Of a stretch of 64,000 nucleotides of DNA, positions 1 to 12,524 are shown piece by piece. The notes beneath the pieces were generated by a model. It did no database searches. It saw only the letters and a list, made by a program, of their open reading frames with translations, and was not told the DNA's origin. The DNA is from Chrysomallon squamiferum (lineage: Eukaryota; Animalia; Mollusca), in the NCBI GenBank assembly GCA_012295275.1, contig CM022673.1:25792001-25856000 (forward strand), read 5' to 3'. The first letter of the stretch is position 1. Each line of letters opens with the position of its first letter. A program made the position numbers and the translations under genes.

Positions 1-610
1 GAATTGTCTGGTCCTTTTTGCTGATGGTTAAAGATCCTGATGGATTTCTACACATTTCTGCTTGTAACTGAAACTGTCAACTTTGCTGTTGCTGCTGCTG
101 GGATTGGTCAATGAAAAAACCTCACTGATGACTGGGAAGTAAGTTTCTTCTCCTACAAATCACAGTCTTCCTCCAGTATTCAAAAGGAGTACATACTCCT
201 CCACACACAGCCTGATACTAACCAATCTCTGTAATGAACAGAAATCTATTTTAAATAACATAATCAAACTCTCTTTAAACAATCATAATATATACATTTT
301 TCATTTTTAAATAAACATGTATCTTAGTCAACAATATAGAATCAAGTTATTTTAAAGCAGTCATTCCCAAAATGTGATATACTGTTTTTATTATAGATAT
401 GTATAAAGCCAATCTAATTTTTAATAATTCAAAAAAAATAAAACAAAGACACAAACCAAATATATAAAACAAAATTACAAATTCTCTCTTCCAGAAATAA
501 AAATAGATTAAAACAAATTATCTATCAAGTATTTCACAAAGAAAATTATCATAAAATACACTAATATCAAACGATTTGAGAACATTAATTTTTTACATTA
601 TAAATTACTG

Positions 611-2518
611 TTAAACTTCTGATTTCGGACTTGTTGGTGTTGTTGTTGCTGTTGCTGTTGTTGTTGTTTTACGTTGATGTATTGCTGCCTGGTATTCATC
701 TTCAGACAGAAGTTTTGACATTTCTCGCTCATAATCATGCAACACAGGAAGAACAATTGCTATATAGCCTTCAGTCAATGGCTGTGAAAAGAATTAATTT
801 AATAATGAATAATAATCACATTTTGTTTGAAATTCAAGATCTTATTATTTTTCTTAAATAAAAATAGATTATGGTATCCAAAAAAAAAAAAAAAATATAT
901 ACATATTTATAAAATATAAATAAGTAAGTAAGTAAATAAAAATATATATATATATATATATAATATTAAAAGAATAAATAAATGAAAAAAGAAGCAATGA
1001 TGATCATAATGATGATAATGGTAATAATAATAATGCGAGTACATTTAATACAGTTGAAATATCTGGAACTCATACAAAATAATGTTCATCTTATTTTTTT
1101 TGGAGAAAGTTTATCTACAAAAACAAGTGCTGTGTTTTAAATTATAAATAATAATAAAAATAATGATGTTAATAATATTAATAATAATAATAATGCTTTC
1201 AGTCTAATATTTTGCCAGACTGTTTACGATACAAATAACATGCTGTAACAGAAGTCAACCTACTTTCTCTATGAGTAGATTTGGATTCTGAACAAGATTT
1301 TCATTGACCTCAATTAACTGACCTCGCATGCAGCTGTACATCGTATACTCAAGTCCATTGTCACAGGTCACAATGCAAAGAGGAGATTTAGGCTTCAGCC
1401 ATTGAGCGCCCTAAAAAAAAAAAAAAAATTATAAAATATCAAGTTTATTTGAGGATGCTACCATAAAACTGACTTTCATAACTCTGAACCAATATTGTTA
1501 ATTTTGTCATTTTTTTTATTAATAACACAGTGTTCATTAGATATTCAGCTCATCAGATTATAAAAATGAACAACAGTTATTGCAAATTTGCCCGGTGAGC
1601 TCATAGTATGGGTGCCTGTTTGTGCCAGAGCTGAAAGGGTAGATATCTTTATCTATTTTAAATTTATGCTCACTACGAAATACCTGAAATTGCACACACA
1701 AATTAATATGGTTTATTTAAATTTTTGGCACCATCAAACATTAATGTTTAAGTGAAACTACATATACAGAGAACACATTTAAGGTTGTAATGATGTCTTC
1801 TTGTCTTACCCTCTTTGATTTTCCTGTAACTTTATTTTCTAGTCTGTTCATTTCACTAGTAACTTGAAAATTAACTTTTTCAATTCTTGTCTTGAATATT
1901 GGATGACTTGGTGCAACAGTTATAATGCATATTCTAAAAATAAAAATAAAAGTTTTGGTTAAGTTGATAAATAATAATAATACTTAAAAAAAAACATTAA
2001 TTTAAAAATAAAAATAAAAAATAAATAATAATAATAATAATAATAATAAATACTAACCTGTTGGAATGTGACAATATACACTGATCTTCTTCAGTTTTAT
2101 AATTGTTATCTGAAATAATAATAATAATAATAATAATATATAATAATAATAATAATGAATTAAAAATATGTAATATCATATATGTAAGTAAAAAATAATT
2201 CTGATATCTTATTCAGAATATGGCAAATAATTTTTTATCCAGCAGTCCAGTCGAATCAATGTAGCCTTATAGTATTTTGTTGTAGGACTCAGTAACTGCC
2301 TCCTTTGATTGATTTAGTCATTTACTAGTCTATCTAAATAGTAATAGTTGCATTATTCAGTTTACTGTTTGTACTTTTCCTTCTGACTTACCGATGCGAT
2401 AGCGACATGTGAAATATCTGTCCACAACAGACAGCTGTTTACCAGATGGCAAAGAACGATTTTTTTGTGGATCATGGTCATTCTTCGAATTATTTTCGAC
2501 ATCAGCGTGTGCTGCCAT
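611..2518 (-). CDS. ABITRAM: Abitram / FAM206A (Simiate) homolog, 5 coding exons
   Basis: Exons (minus) 2518-2392, 2109-2058, 1933-1810, 1410-1264 and 781-611 have GT-AG ends and compatible phases. Translation MAAHAD...[42 protein letters not shown]...NRLENKVTGKSKRGAQWL...SCMRGQLIEVNENL...PLTEGYIAIVLP matches recalled Abitram motifs (SLVDRYF, HSNRICVIT, NKVSGKxKRGAQ, RGRLMEVNEN, EGYIAVVLP). Stop TAA at 613-611. Confidence 0.93.
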
Positions 2519-2829
2519 TGTTTTCAAAGTATGTTTACTGCCCGGTAAATAATAAACACATGGACTATAGACCACCGGTGTCATGTGAAATTGTTCACTT
2601 TATAGTATAACGCATAGATAGGAATTCTCGCAAAACCTTGCAGAGTTATTATTCTGTTGTAGTTTGTTGTTGTCTTTTTTTACTGATTAAATTGTAAAAC
2701 AGTTCAAAAATTTATTTTAATTACTGAATTTAAAAAACAAACAAAAACAGAGAAACAACAAATTTTCAAATTATATTTGAAATGTTTAAAAGTACTGGAT
2801 TATCAGATTTATTAATTTTAGAAATGTTA

Positions 2830-2870
<41 letters not shown>

Positions 2871-2875
<5 letters not shown>

Positions 2876-3161
2876 ACTTAACTCGTAACAGTACATATAT
2901 ATATTATTATTATTATTATTATTGTCATATATTATTATTATTATTATTATTACATGTATTACTAAAAGTAATACGAGCAAAATACATGTATGGCTAATTT
3001 TACGACAATCATGCGCAGTATTGCAGCTGCGAGTATTATTGAACAGCTAGTAATTTCACACGACACCGGCAAAATAATATAACAAAGTTTATTTGACTTT
3101 ATTTTCCTTGTCAGAAACAGAATAACAAATAACAAATGTACTGTTACGAGTTAAGTAAAAT
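2871..3161. mobile_element. MITE-like non-autonomous DNA element with 26-bp perfect terminal inverted repeats
   Basis: ATTTTACTTAACTCGTAACAGTACAT (2871-2896) is the exact reverse complement of ATGTACTGTTACGAGTTAAGTAAAAT (3136-3161). The interior is non-coding. Confidence 0.7.
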
Positions 3162-3221
3162 GAAATAAATAACATGCAAGATATTGTTATATTTCTAAAT
3201 GCGAACCGTGCAGTGAAATGA

Positions 3222-3271
<50 letters not shown>

Positions 3272-3538
3272 AAATATTTATTTATAGAAATATAGTAATT
3301 AGATTATAATGGGTTCTTAACAGTGTAAACAGTAAAGGGTTTGGTTGTGCTTACATATTTAAGAATGTAATAATAATTTTATTTTCGTTTTAATATATTA
3401 TAGTGTGTATTTGTGTATTCCAAAAATAAATATTATTATAATATTTTTTAAAATTTTTAAAATTTAAGAATTAAGAAATAAATACATAAATAAACCAGCT
3501 GCGAATGAGTGACCTGATTGACACACATGAAATAATTA

Positions 3539-3584
<46 letters not shown>

Positions 3585-3709
3585 GAATAAAAAAAATTAA
3601 AAAAACTTTCGCACTTTTCAAACCTATTTGTTTTTGAAAATAATAACTGGGTGTAACTAATCTAAGGTTTAATGGAGCAAAAAGCCTTATTTTATTAAAC
3701 ATGGTCACG

Positions 3710-3752
<43 letters not shown>

Positions 3753-4010
3753 TAGTTCCATAAAATATAAAATGCTCCTGAAAACTCTCTTTCATTTAAT
3801 ACTTTTACGAGTAATTACAATAAATAAAAAATAAAGAAGATAGGCAGAAAAAAAATAATTGGCGAAACGAAAACAACTTCGATATACATTTTAACCCAAC
3901 TCCGCTTTAAATATCGAGCTGCTGCCTGCATTAAATTATCTAAATAAGCTAACCTCCTTATAAGGTTTATGACGTATTACGGTGATACCCTTTTGAGAAT
4001 GAGGCGCCAC

Positions 4011-4022
4011 CAAAATGGCGGC
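4011..4022 (+). promoter_or_regulatory. YY1-like motif overlapping the LIN9 start codon
   Basis: CAAAATGGCGGC matches the YY1 consensus (AAxATGGCGGC), which often overlaps the ATG of housekeeping genes. The surrounding sequence is locally CpG-containing. Confidence 0.45.
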
Positions 4023-7000
4023 AGAAGAAAGTGTTGAAAGTAAGGTTTTATGAACCCCTTTAATACATTCGCACGTACGTCATAAAAATTTTATAGTTTG
4101 GTCGAGTCAAAGGCACGTTCAAGCAGTTATGCATTAAACTGCTTTCTGTATAGTTTTTATTTTAAAATTAAAATCGTTATTTCCAATGATTATGGAAACG
4201 CTTTTAATAATATAATAATATTTACTCCATGAATTCTTCATTTCGCGACATTTGTTTGACTATTTGTAATTATTATTTTCATTATTTATCGTTCACGTAA
4301 GATTTACAATTTTGGGGTTACCTAACAACAAAATACAATTTTTATAACTTGTTTTTTAAGTCATAAAGCTCATTCAAACTGAGGCAACGAAGTGAAGGAT
4401 GTGTGGATTTGGTGAAGTTGTTAATAATATTTTCCGTAACAAACGATTAAAATTTTGGAGATAATAAATAAAATTATCAGAATTAACTTAATTGATTACT
4501 AAACTTAAGCAAACTTGTAATTCATATTTTTGTCATCTGTTGTATTTGTATTAATTTGATTTGAAATTTAATTATTGATTTGTTAAATTACAGATTCAGC
4601 CAAGGCTCTTGTAACTATGAAGGAAGGTATGTACATGCAAATCTTGAAGTGACCAAATATTTGGAAGTAATGTTAATATCTTATATTAAACTCTTATTAC
4701 TTTAAATCACTGTAAAAATAAATGCTAATAAATCTTCAGAGGGTGAAAATGGGAACTTCCTGATAATGATATAGATCATTCTGACAAGTGAAAATGTATA
4801 AAGAAAATATTAAGTCATAAAACCTTACAGAATTGTAAAATGTAATACAGAGAGTAAATTAATTTTTTTTAATGACAAATCATGAACAATTTGAGGAATA
4901 AAGAAATAGAAATATATTTTGTAAATGATTATATAATATAAAATAATAAAAAAAATTATGTTGCAGGAAAGGGAAATTCCTTCAGCACACCACCAAGAAG
5001 AGGAAATGTAAGTACACCAATGTATTTACAGGTATTTAAACAAAACATTAGTGATGAGAAATTACATTTTTCACAATAGGTTAGTCTACAGGTAAAAAAC
5101 AGTTTTTTAGAACATAATTAAAATAGTTATTATTGAATATTTAATCTGTACTAAAGTAGAGGTTCTTATTTTAAAAGAGTTTTTGAAGAACACATGAAAC
5201 TTCAAAGATGTTTTGAAGTTTTCTGTTTTCTGTTTTGTAGCCAGAGAGAATCAGAAGAAAGAATCAGAAATATTTCAACGAAGAAGAGGACACAAATTTT
5301 TCTCCTATAAAAAATGTTGATAAGTCCTCAAAGTTGCTGTCAGGTGTAAGTATTATAAAAATGAAGTTTAGAATTTAAAACTTTATTAAACTCAAAATGA
5401 ACAGAAAATATTTATAAACACATGAATAAATTATGTTCACAGTTTGTATTATGACAGATGTGAAATTTTTTATTTTTTATTTTTTAAGAATTATAAATGC
5501 TTCTTGCCAAAACTGTGATCAGAGAAAATCTTTCATGTAGTGGTACCATAAATGCTTGAACTGGTGTTCTAAAATGGTGTAGATTTTTAGAAATTAATTT
5601 GATGGCATTAAAATTTTCATGGGTTAGTTTTTAAAATTATTTTTATATTTATTATTTATAATAATTATATTTTATTCATTGTTTCATGGTTTGTGTTACG
5701 AGGTAGTGTATCATTACATGAGGTGTTGATAATTTGCAGACGTCGCGGGTTCGGAAGAAAACGCCCAAAGCCTACCCAGAGGATGACGACAAATTGTACT
5801 CACCCTCCAAGTCTCCCAGGAAGTCAAAGGCTTCATTCTCTGTTCCTGTATGTACATCAATTGTGTCTGTTTTCCTTAGACATATTTTTCTATGATAGAT
5901 AAATAGTCTTTGTTTTCATTTTTTTCACATTTTTTTTTTTAAAAGATACATAATATTGAAAAGAGTTTTATAAAATTAAAAGTGGCAAGTGTCAGGTTTG
6001 TTAGTTCAGTTTGTTTTTATCTGTCTTTTTCCCATACTTATTTAAATATGCTGATATTTGCATTAACAAACCCTTTTTATATTTTAGAAGTTATGTGAGT
6101 AATATTTGTATTTGTGAATTATTTAAAATATTAAATTTAACTGAGAATGGAAAAATATTTAATTTCTTGAATTATTTAAAATTAAATTCTGAGAATGGAA
6201 ATTGTTAAAAGAGTTAAAATGTTGTCTTAACAATACATGCTGCGTTAAATGAAATCAGTTATCTAATTTATTTTATTTTGTTTGGTTTATCAGTCGTATA
6301 CCAAATCAGCTCTGTCAACCCTGGACAAACGATTAGCACAGTCTGTGGGAGTTCGACTTCGTAATCTACTGAAATTACCAAAAGCACACAAATGGGTCTG
6401 TTACGAGTGGTTCTATTCAAATATCGATGCGTAAGTAAAAACTAAATGAGTTTATAATTCTTGACAGAGGGTATAGAGTTTCATAAAAATGAGATTTATT
6501 TTTTATGTAAATCTGCGGTTTTTTGAATGTTAAAAAATAAGATAACATACAGTAAAAGAAATAAATGACAAAAAGTTCAGAATTGCTGAAAGTGTTTAAG
6601 GTAGATATTTATATATTTTCTTGACAGTTTCTTCTGGTATACATATACAGTAGTTTCTATTTTTAACAGTATTATTTTATTTCTTTAATTTTAATTTTCA
6701 TTATTGTTACATAAATCACCAAATGTCATTCTGAATTGCTGAAAGAGTTTCAAACAGATATTTAGCTTCTTTTCTTCTTCATTTTTTTTTTCTGATTTTA
6801 TTTTTCCTTTCTAAGCTTGATATTTTCTTGTAGTATACCTATATATTAGTTTCTGTTTTGAACAGTATTATTATTTTTTATTTTTTTTAATAATTTGTTT
6901 TCCAGCCCACTGTTTCTTGGACAGAACGATTTCTCTAATTGCGTAAAAGAATCATTTCCTCAGTTAAAATGTAGAAAACTGCAGCGGGTTGAATGGTGTA

Positions 7001-10000
7001 AAATCAGAAGGCTGATGGGAAAACCAAGAAGGTGGGGTGCTTGTTAATAAGAGGAATATTTGTTATTTATTGGAATTTTAGTTACATTCTATCAAAATTA
7101 TTGCTAATTTTAGGACTTTAGTATATTCGGTATTATTATTATATACACTGTTTTTAAAAACTAAAATTTTTTATAATTAAATATTAAATAGCACTTGGTA
7201 TGACACTGACTTGGAATAAATGTGTTATACTCTCTATGGGCTTAAAGGTAATATAAATATTTATTGCAATTAAATATAAACAAAGTGACATTTAATATAA
7301 TGGGGTAATATCTATGTTAGATATTGCTTAGATATATATCAGACATATATTGTATTGGGTTTTGTTAAAGATGTTCTCCAGCTTTCTTCATAGAAGAAAG
7401 AGCGACTTTAGAGGAAAAGAGAGAGAAAATACGACTACTTCAGCAACGTAAACTGCAGGAATTTCAGAATCTGAAGGATCTGCCAGATGAGATACCTCTA
7501 CATTTAGTGATTGGAACCAAAGTCACAGGTTTCTTATTTAATTACAAAGCATTCACAGAACTGAAAACACTTATAAAAGCATCCAGATATTTACATTTAA
7601 ACTGAAAGTCATTTGAAAAATGTACAGAATGATTCAAACAGTAAATTTGATGGTCAAGAAAATGAAAACAAAAAAGAAGATAATTAGGATTATTATATTT
7701 TTTCTTGTCTTGCTTAACCCTAGGTAGATATGTTTTTTTTTTTTCCTATTGAAGACATTAAAACATTTTGATCTAAAGATTTTTCAGATCTGTTTAAAAA
7801 TTTTGCAGAAGTTAATATTGAATCTTCCAAAATTATTATTATTTTTAATGTTTTTGGAAATATTGTTAAAAGATTTTAAATATATAAACAATTATTTCTG
7901 ATGAATTATTAAATAGTCTTTGTTGAATTGTAGCCCGTCTGCGGAAACCACAAGATGGATTATTTACGGGAACGATAGAAGCTAGACACAGTTGACAGTT
8001 CGTACAGAGTGATTTTTGACAGACCAGGACTTGGAACTCACTCCATCCCTGACTATGAAGTTTTGGTCAGTACAAAATAAATATATATTAGATACTTCTG
8101 TTAGAATTAAAAAGTAAAAGGAAATTTATTTAAACTATGTGTGTATGTATATATATTTTTATATGTATATGAGTGTGTTGGTGTGTGTTTTAAAAAAATA
8201 AATAATTTTGAATTTTGAACATGTTTTTTAATAAATATTTATTTAAAATCCAGTAAAAAAAATTTCTTCAGGTAGTTTTGTTTAATTTTTAAAATATTTT
8301 CTTATTACAGAGTACCGAAGAATCTGAAACTATTCCTTTGTCTTCTTTTCAAAAGAAAAGTAGACCCAGGCCAGGCATGTTTTCTCCACCTAGATTCATT
8401 CCAGGTTTATCTTCACCAAATCAGCATCTGGTGAGCATTGTTATTTGTGTGTGTGAGACCAGTCTTGTGCTTTGTTTTTGTTTGTGAATTACTCTTCTGC
8501 ACATAAGGAATTTTAGATTGATGGATGTCTTGCACAAGACTGTGGCTCTGTAAAACCATTCGTTAGATAAAAATATATACATGTGTAAGTATGTATGTAT
8601 GTATGTGTGTCTCTGTCTGTATGTACGTCTGTGGGTGTAACATAATGGTAATTAAGTTAGGATTTTCTATATAAAAACAGCAACAAAATAAAACACATCT
8701 GCAGCATGAATATATAGTAATTCATTTTATTGGCTTTATTTAGATGTGTGTTAAATTAAAACAAACATTCCATTCCCTTTTAAGATAACCAATATGTCAA
8801 CGCCCTCAAACATTCTTAGCATGGTTCTTTTGTATGTTTTGTTACATTAATTTTATTAATTTCGTTTCATTGCATTCAAAGAGGTTTATTGTAAAAAATT
8901 GTTCTTCTGCCACCATATTTATGTGGCACATAAACCGTCTGTTTTTTCTTTGGAAAAGATAATTAATTGTAATGTAAACTTAATTGGATATTTTTTAATT
9001 ACTGATTTGATTTGTTTCAGAATGATGATCCTTTGTTGAGTGGTTCTCCATTCAAAGGGCGACTGATGAGTTTGGAAGGAGGATCTTATGGAGGCTTTCC
9101 GATTAAGTTTCTAGTTTTAGTGGTTTGTCACGTTTTAATTTACTTTTTTTTATATATATTACTCTATATAATTTATTTAGGTGTCAAAATACTTCAGGAG
9201 TAAATAACGAATGTGGCATCAGTTGAAATAAAATATTTCTAAGTTAACTTGTATCTGTGCATACCAGGTTTTTTGGGGAAAAATGAAGAAATAACTCACT
9301 AAAACTCACAAACAAACAACTTAGCTTCTTAGATGACCTAAAAAGGTATAGAACCCAAGTTGCTGTTTATATTTCAAATTTTCTTGAAAGAACGTGACAA
9401 ATAATTCTACTCACATATACATAGAGGAACATAATATCCATAGCTAAGTTGAAGCTGATAAAATGGATTGGACAGATGTTTAAAAAAATTAGAAAAAAAA
9501 AACTGATGTTTGAAAATATTTGGTTAATGTATCATGTATGATTATTATTATTTTTAAGAACCTGTTAAGTCTTGAGCATCTTTTTTGCAGACTCGTCTGT
9601 CCAAGATTTTATCTATTAAAAAAGATTGGATTCGCCAGCTAAAAGACATGAATACCCAGGCAGAGAAATCAGTAAGTTGCTATTGAAAGGAATTCAGTGC
9701 CTTATATGTATCATATAGCTTATCTTTTACTGGAATTGTAACCATTTTATATGAGGTTGGAGCACAATGAATATAGCTCTACAAAGATAACATCTAAATC
9801 AGAATAAAGTTTAATTTAAATAATAGGAAAAATGTATTCAGTCACATTAGCTGGTTTAAACTGAGAGCATTCTATAAAAGAAAAGAAACTTTACCTCAAA
9901 CATCCACAATAATACATCATTTATTCACTGAAATGAAGAAAATTTTTTTACAAATGTTTTCTTTGTGGGATCGAACTATAAACTGGTTAATTTTACCTTA

Positions 10001-11527
10001 GGTGTGTTGTGTTGTTTGAAATCTACAACATCCAGACGTGACTGTTTGTAATGTTTAGTGATACTAATTTAAGAATAGACATGTGCCTCATTTTTACAGC
10101 GTTCCTATCAGCAGCCTATTACTGTCGAATTTCAAAAGAAGTATGCTCACATTGTGTTAGAACTGGATAAACTGAACAAGGATCTCAATGACTATCTGGT
10201 TGGAGTGCAGCAGTACTGCCAAGAGGTAGGTGCACCGTTATTATGTTCTGTTAATTATTTTTAAAAGTTAGGAATATAAAATAAAACTAAAAAACCTCAG
10301 ATGCTTAAAAAGTGGCAGATGATTTATTTTAATAATTTTAATAAATCCAGAATCATCCAGCCCTTAGAATGTTTTTTTTTGTTTCTTTTTTTTTTTGTAA
10401 TCAGTAAGTATCTGTTTCCCAGAGTTATTTAGAATTTGTTAAACTAAACCTAAAGGAGTATTGCACAAAACTAAAATAACAGTAATAGCAGTTACTACTG
10501 TTAATGTGATATGTGAGATAGATGAGTGTTTGATTTTTTTAGTAAAAAAATATGTGGATAAAAACTGTGATCAGGGAAAGACAAATTTGTGATAAGAATC
10601 ATCAAAGTAAATATAAGAATTAAATTAATTAAATATTTTTTCTTGGATTTAGTAAATTTAAATTTTTTTTTTTTTTTCAATTTTTTTTTATCTGCTGAAT
10701 TTCAGATTGCACCAGACCATGGTCTGATGCCTGTAGATCAACCTTCAGAAATTAGAAAAAAATGCGAAGAAGAAGCACAGTCAATGGTCAGCAGAATCTG
10801 TCAGGTGATTGTAGACATTAATCTTCTAAACACTGAATTTAATTTTGAAAAAAAAATAAACAATTAAAAAATTATATTAATAATAATAAAAATAATTAGT
10901 TCGAATTTACCACCTTTTCAACAAATTGTTAAATCAATTTTTTTACTTTTTTTTTAAAAATATTAAAAATCGTTTGATTTTTTTTATGTGATTTTTTTTT
11001 TTTTTTTTTTTTTTCTTTTGTGTATTTATTTTAAATGTAATGTTTTAATATGACTTTTTCTCCCTCACCAGTCAATGTTTTCCAACAAGAAAACAGCCAA
11101 AAATGAGAGAATATTAAACCTTGTCGGCAGCCTTACTTCTTTGATGTTACAAGTCCGAGTGAGTTGTTTTAAACATTTGTCTACTTGTAACATTTAATAC
11201 TGTACATGATATTAAAGGAAAACCTGGTATTCTACTCTGTTGTTATGGTCTTGTTTTTTCGCTCGACACTTTTTTTAAGGTTTATTTACCAGAAGAACAA
11301 AAAATTCAGTTTTGTATTTCTTGTATAATTAGCCTCAACTTGTGATTAATAAAAATAAAAATAAAATCAATTACATATTTAAGCAGGTACTTTTTTTTTT
11401 TAATTTTTTGTTGTTAATCATCATCATCATCATCATCATTATCATTGTCATATTATTATTATTATTGTTGTTGTTGTTATTGTTATTATTATTGTTATTA
11501 TTATTGTCTTTATTATTATTATTATAA

Positions 11528-11577
<50 letters not shown>

Positions 11578-12524
11578 TCAGACATTTTCAGAACATGACT
11601 TCAATTCTTTTGAATTCAAGTCACTGACAGATAGTTTGTCAGATATCAGAGAAACTCTGGATGGTAACAGCATAAAGTAAGAAAATATATATATGTTTTT
11701 AAAATTTCATCTCTTCATTTCACTGAAAGTATTTCACAGGTTACTTAAGCTATTTCAGTTGCAGTATAAACCACTGCATGTTAATTTTCACATGTTTTAA
11801 AGAATTTGACTGTGATTAATTTTAACAGAAGAATATTTGAATACCCAGCTGATATTTACCTGATATACAATTTCAAGGGTAATATATATGTTTTAAGCAG
11901 TTGTCTGTCTGTTGATATAAATATTTCACTTTTTTTATATTAATTTAATATGGTCATGTATTCATTGTTTTTCTTAGTTATATCTCTGATCTGGGTGAAA
12001 TAGTTAATCTAACTTGTTTTCTCATTTCTGGTTATGATTTTATTATTATGTCCTCTGTTTTAATATCTTCCAAAATAAAAACAGAATAATGGATTTGAAA
12101 CAAATCATAAAATGGAAATAAAACAAATTTCAAATATAAAATTTTGGACACTTTTGATGATAAATATTAATATTTGTTGGGTTCTTTTTGTTGCATTTTT
12201 TTTTTTTTTTTTTCAGTTCATTTTAAAACAGTGTGAAGATTATATACGAGTCTTATTAATTTAAAATGTTCAAGCTTTATAATCTAAAATATATATATAT
12301 ATATATTTATATATTTTTTAAATATTTTTTAGTTCATTTTAAAACAACATGGAGATACTCATATGTTATTTTTTACCCTTTTGATCTTGAATATTATATT
12401 TGTTGGATTTTTTTTCCTTTTCAGTTCATTTCAAAACAATGTGGAGATACACATTAATCACATAGAGAGTGGTCTGAGTCAGATGGGCAACCTTCATGCG
12501 TTTGCTTCATCACTGACATCTTGA
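4015..12524 (+). CDS. LIN9: LIN9 (DREAM/MuvB core subunit; DIRP and Tudor-like domains), 17 coding exons, apparent 2-nt deletion in exon 9
   Basis: Exons 4015-4039, 4594-4626, 4967-5007, 5241-5345, 5740-5847, 6294-6430, 6906-7031, 7371-7528, 7934-8065, 8311-8430, 9021-9122, 9591-9671, 10100-10225, 10706-10804, 11072-11158, 11582-11676, 12425-12524. Peptides SAKALVTMKEG, RLRNLLKLPKAHKWVCYEWFYSNID, RVEWCKIRRLMGKPRRCS, LPDEIPLHLVIGTKVTARLR, GLGTHSIPDYEVL, GGFPIKFL, NSFEFKSLTDSL and FQNNVEIHINHIESGLSQMGNLHAF closely match recalled LIN9 sequence. Confidence 0.96.

Noticed and set aside
1575-1705. GC-richer intronic segment in Abitram intron 3 as a snoRNA
   Set aside because: It has some self-complementarity (GTGAGC/GCTCAC), but no clear C/D or H/ACA box arrangement on the host strand.
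4015-12524. LIN9 as a pseudogene
   Set aside because: There is only one lesion. All other exons, splice sites and conserved motifs are intact.
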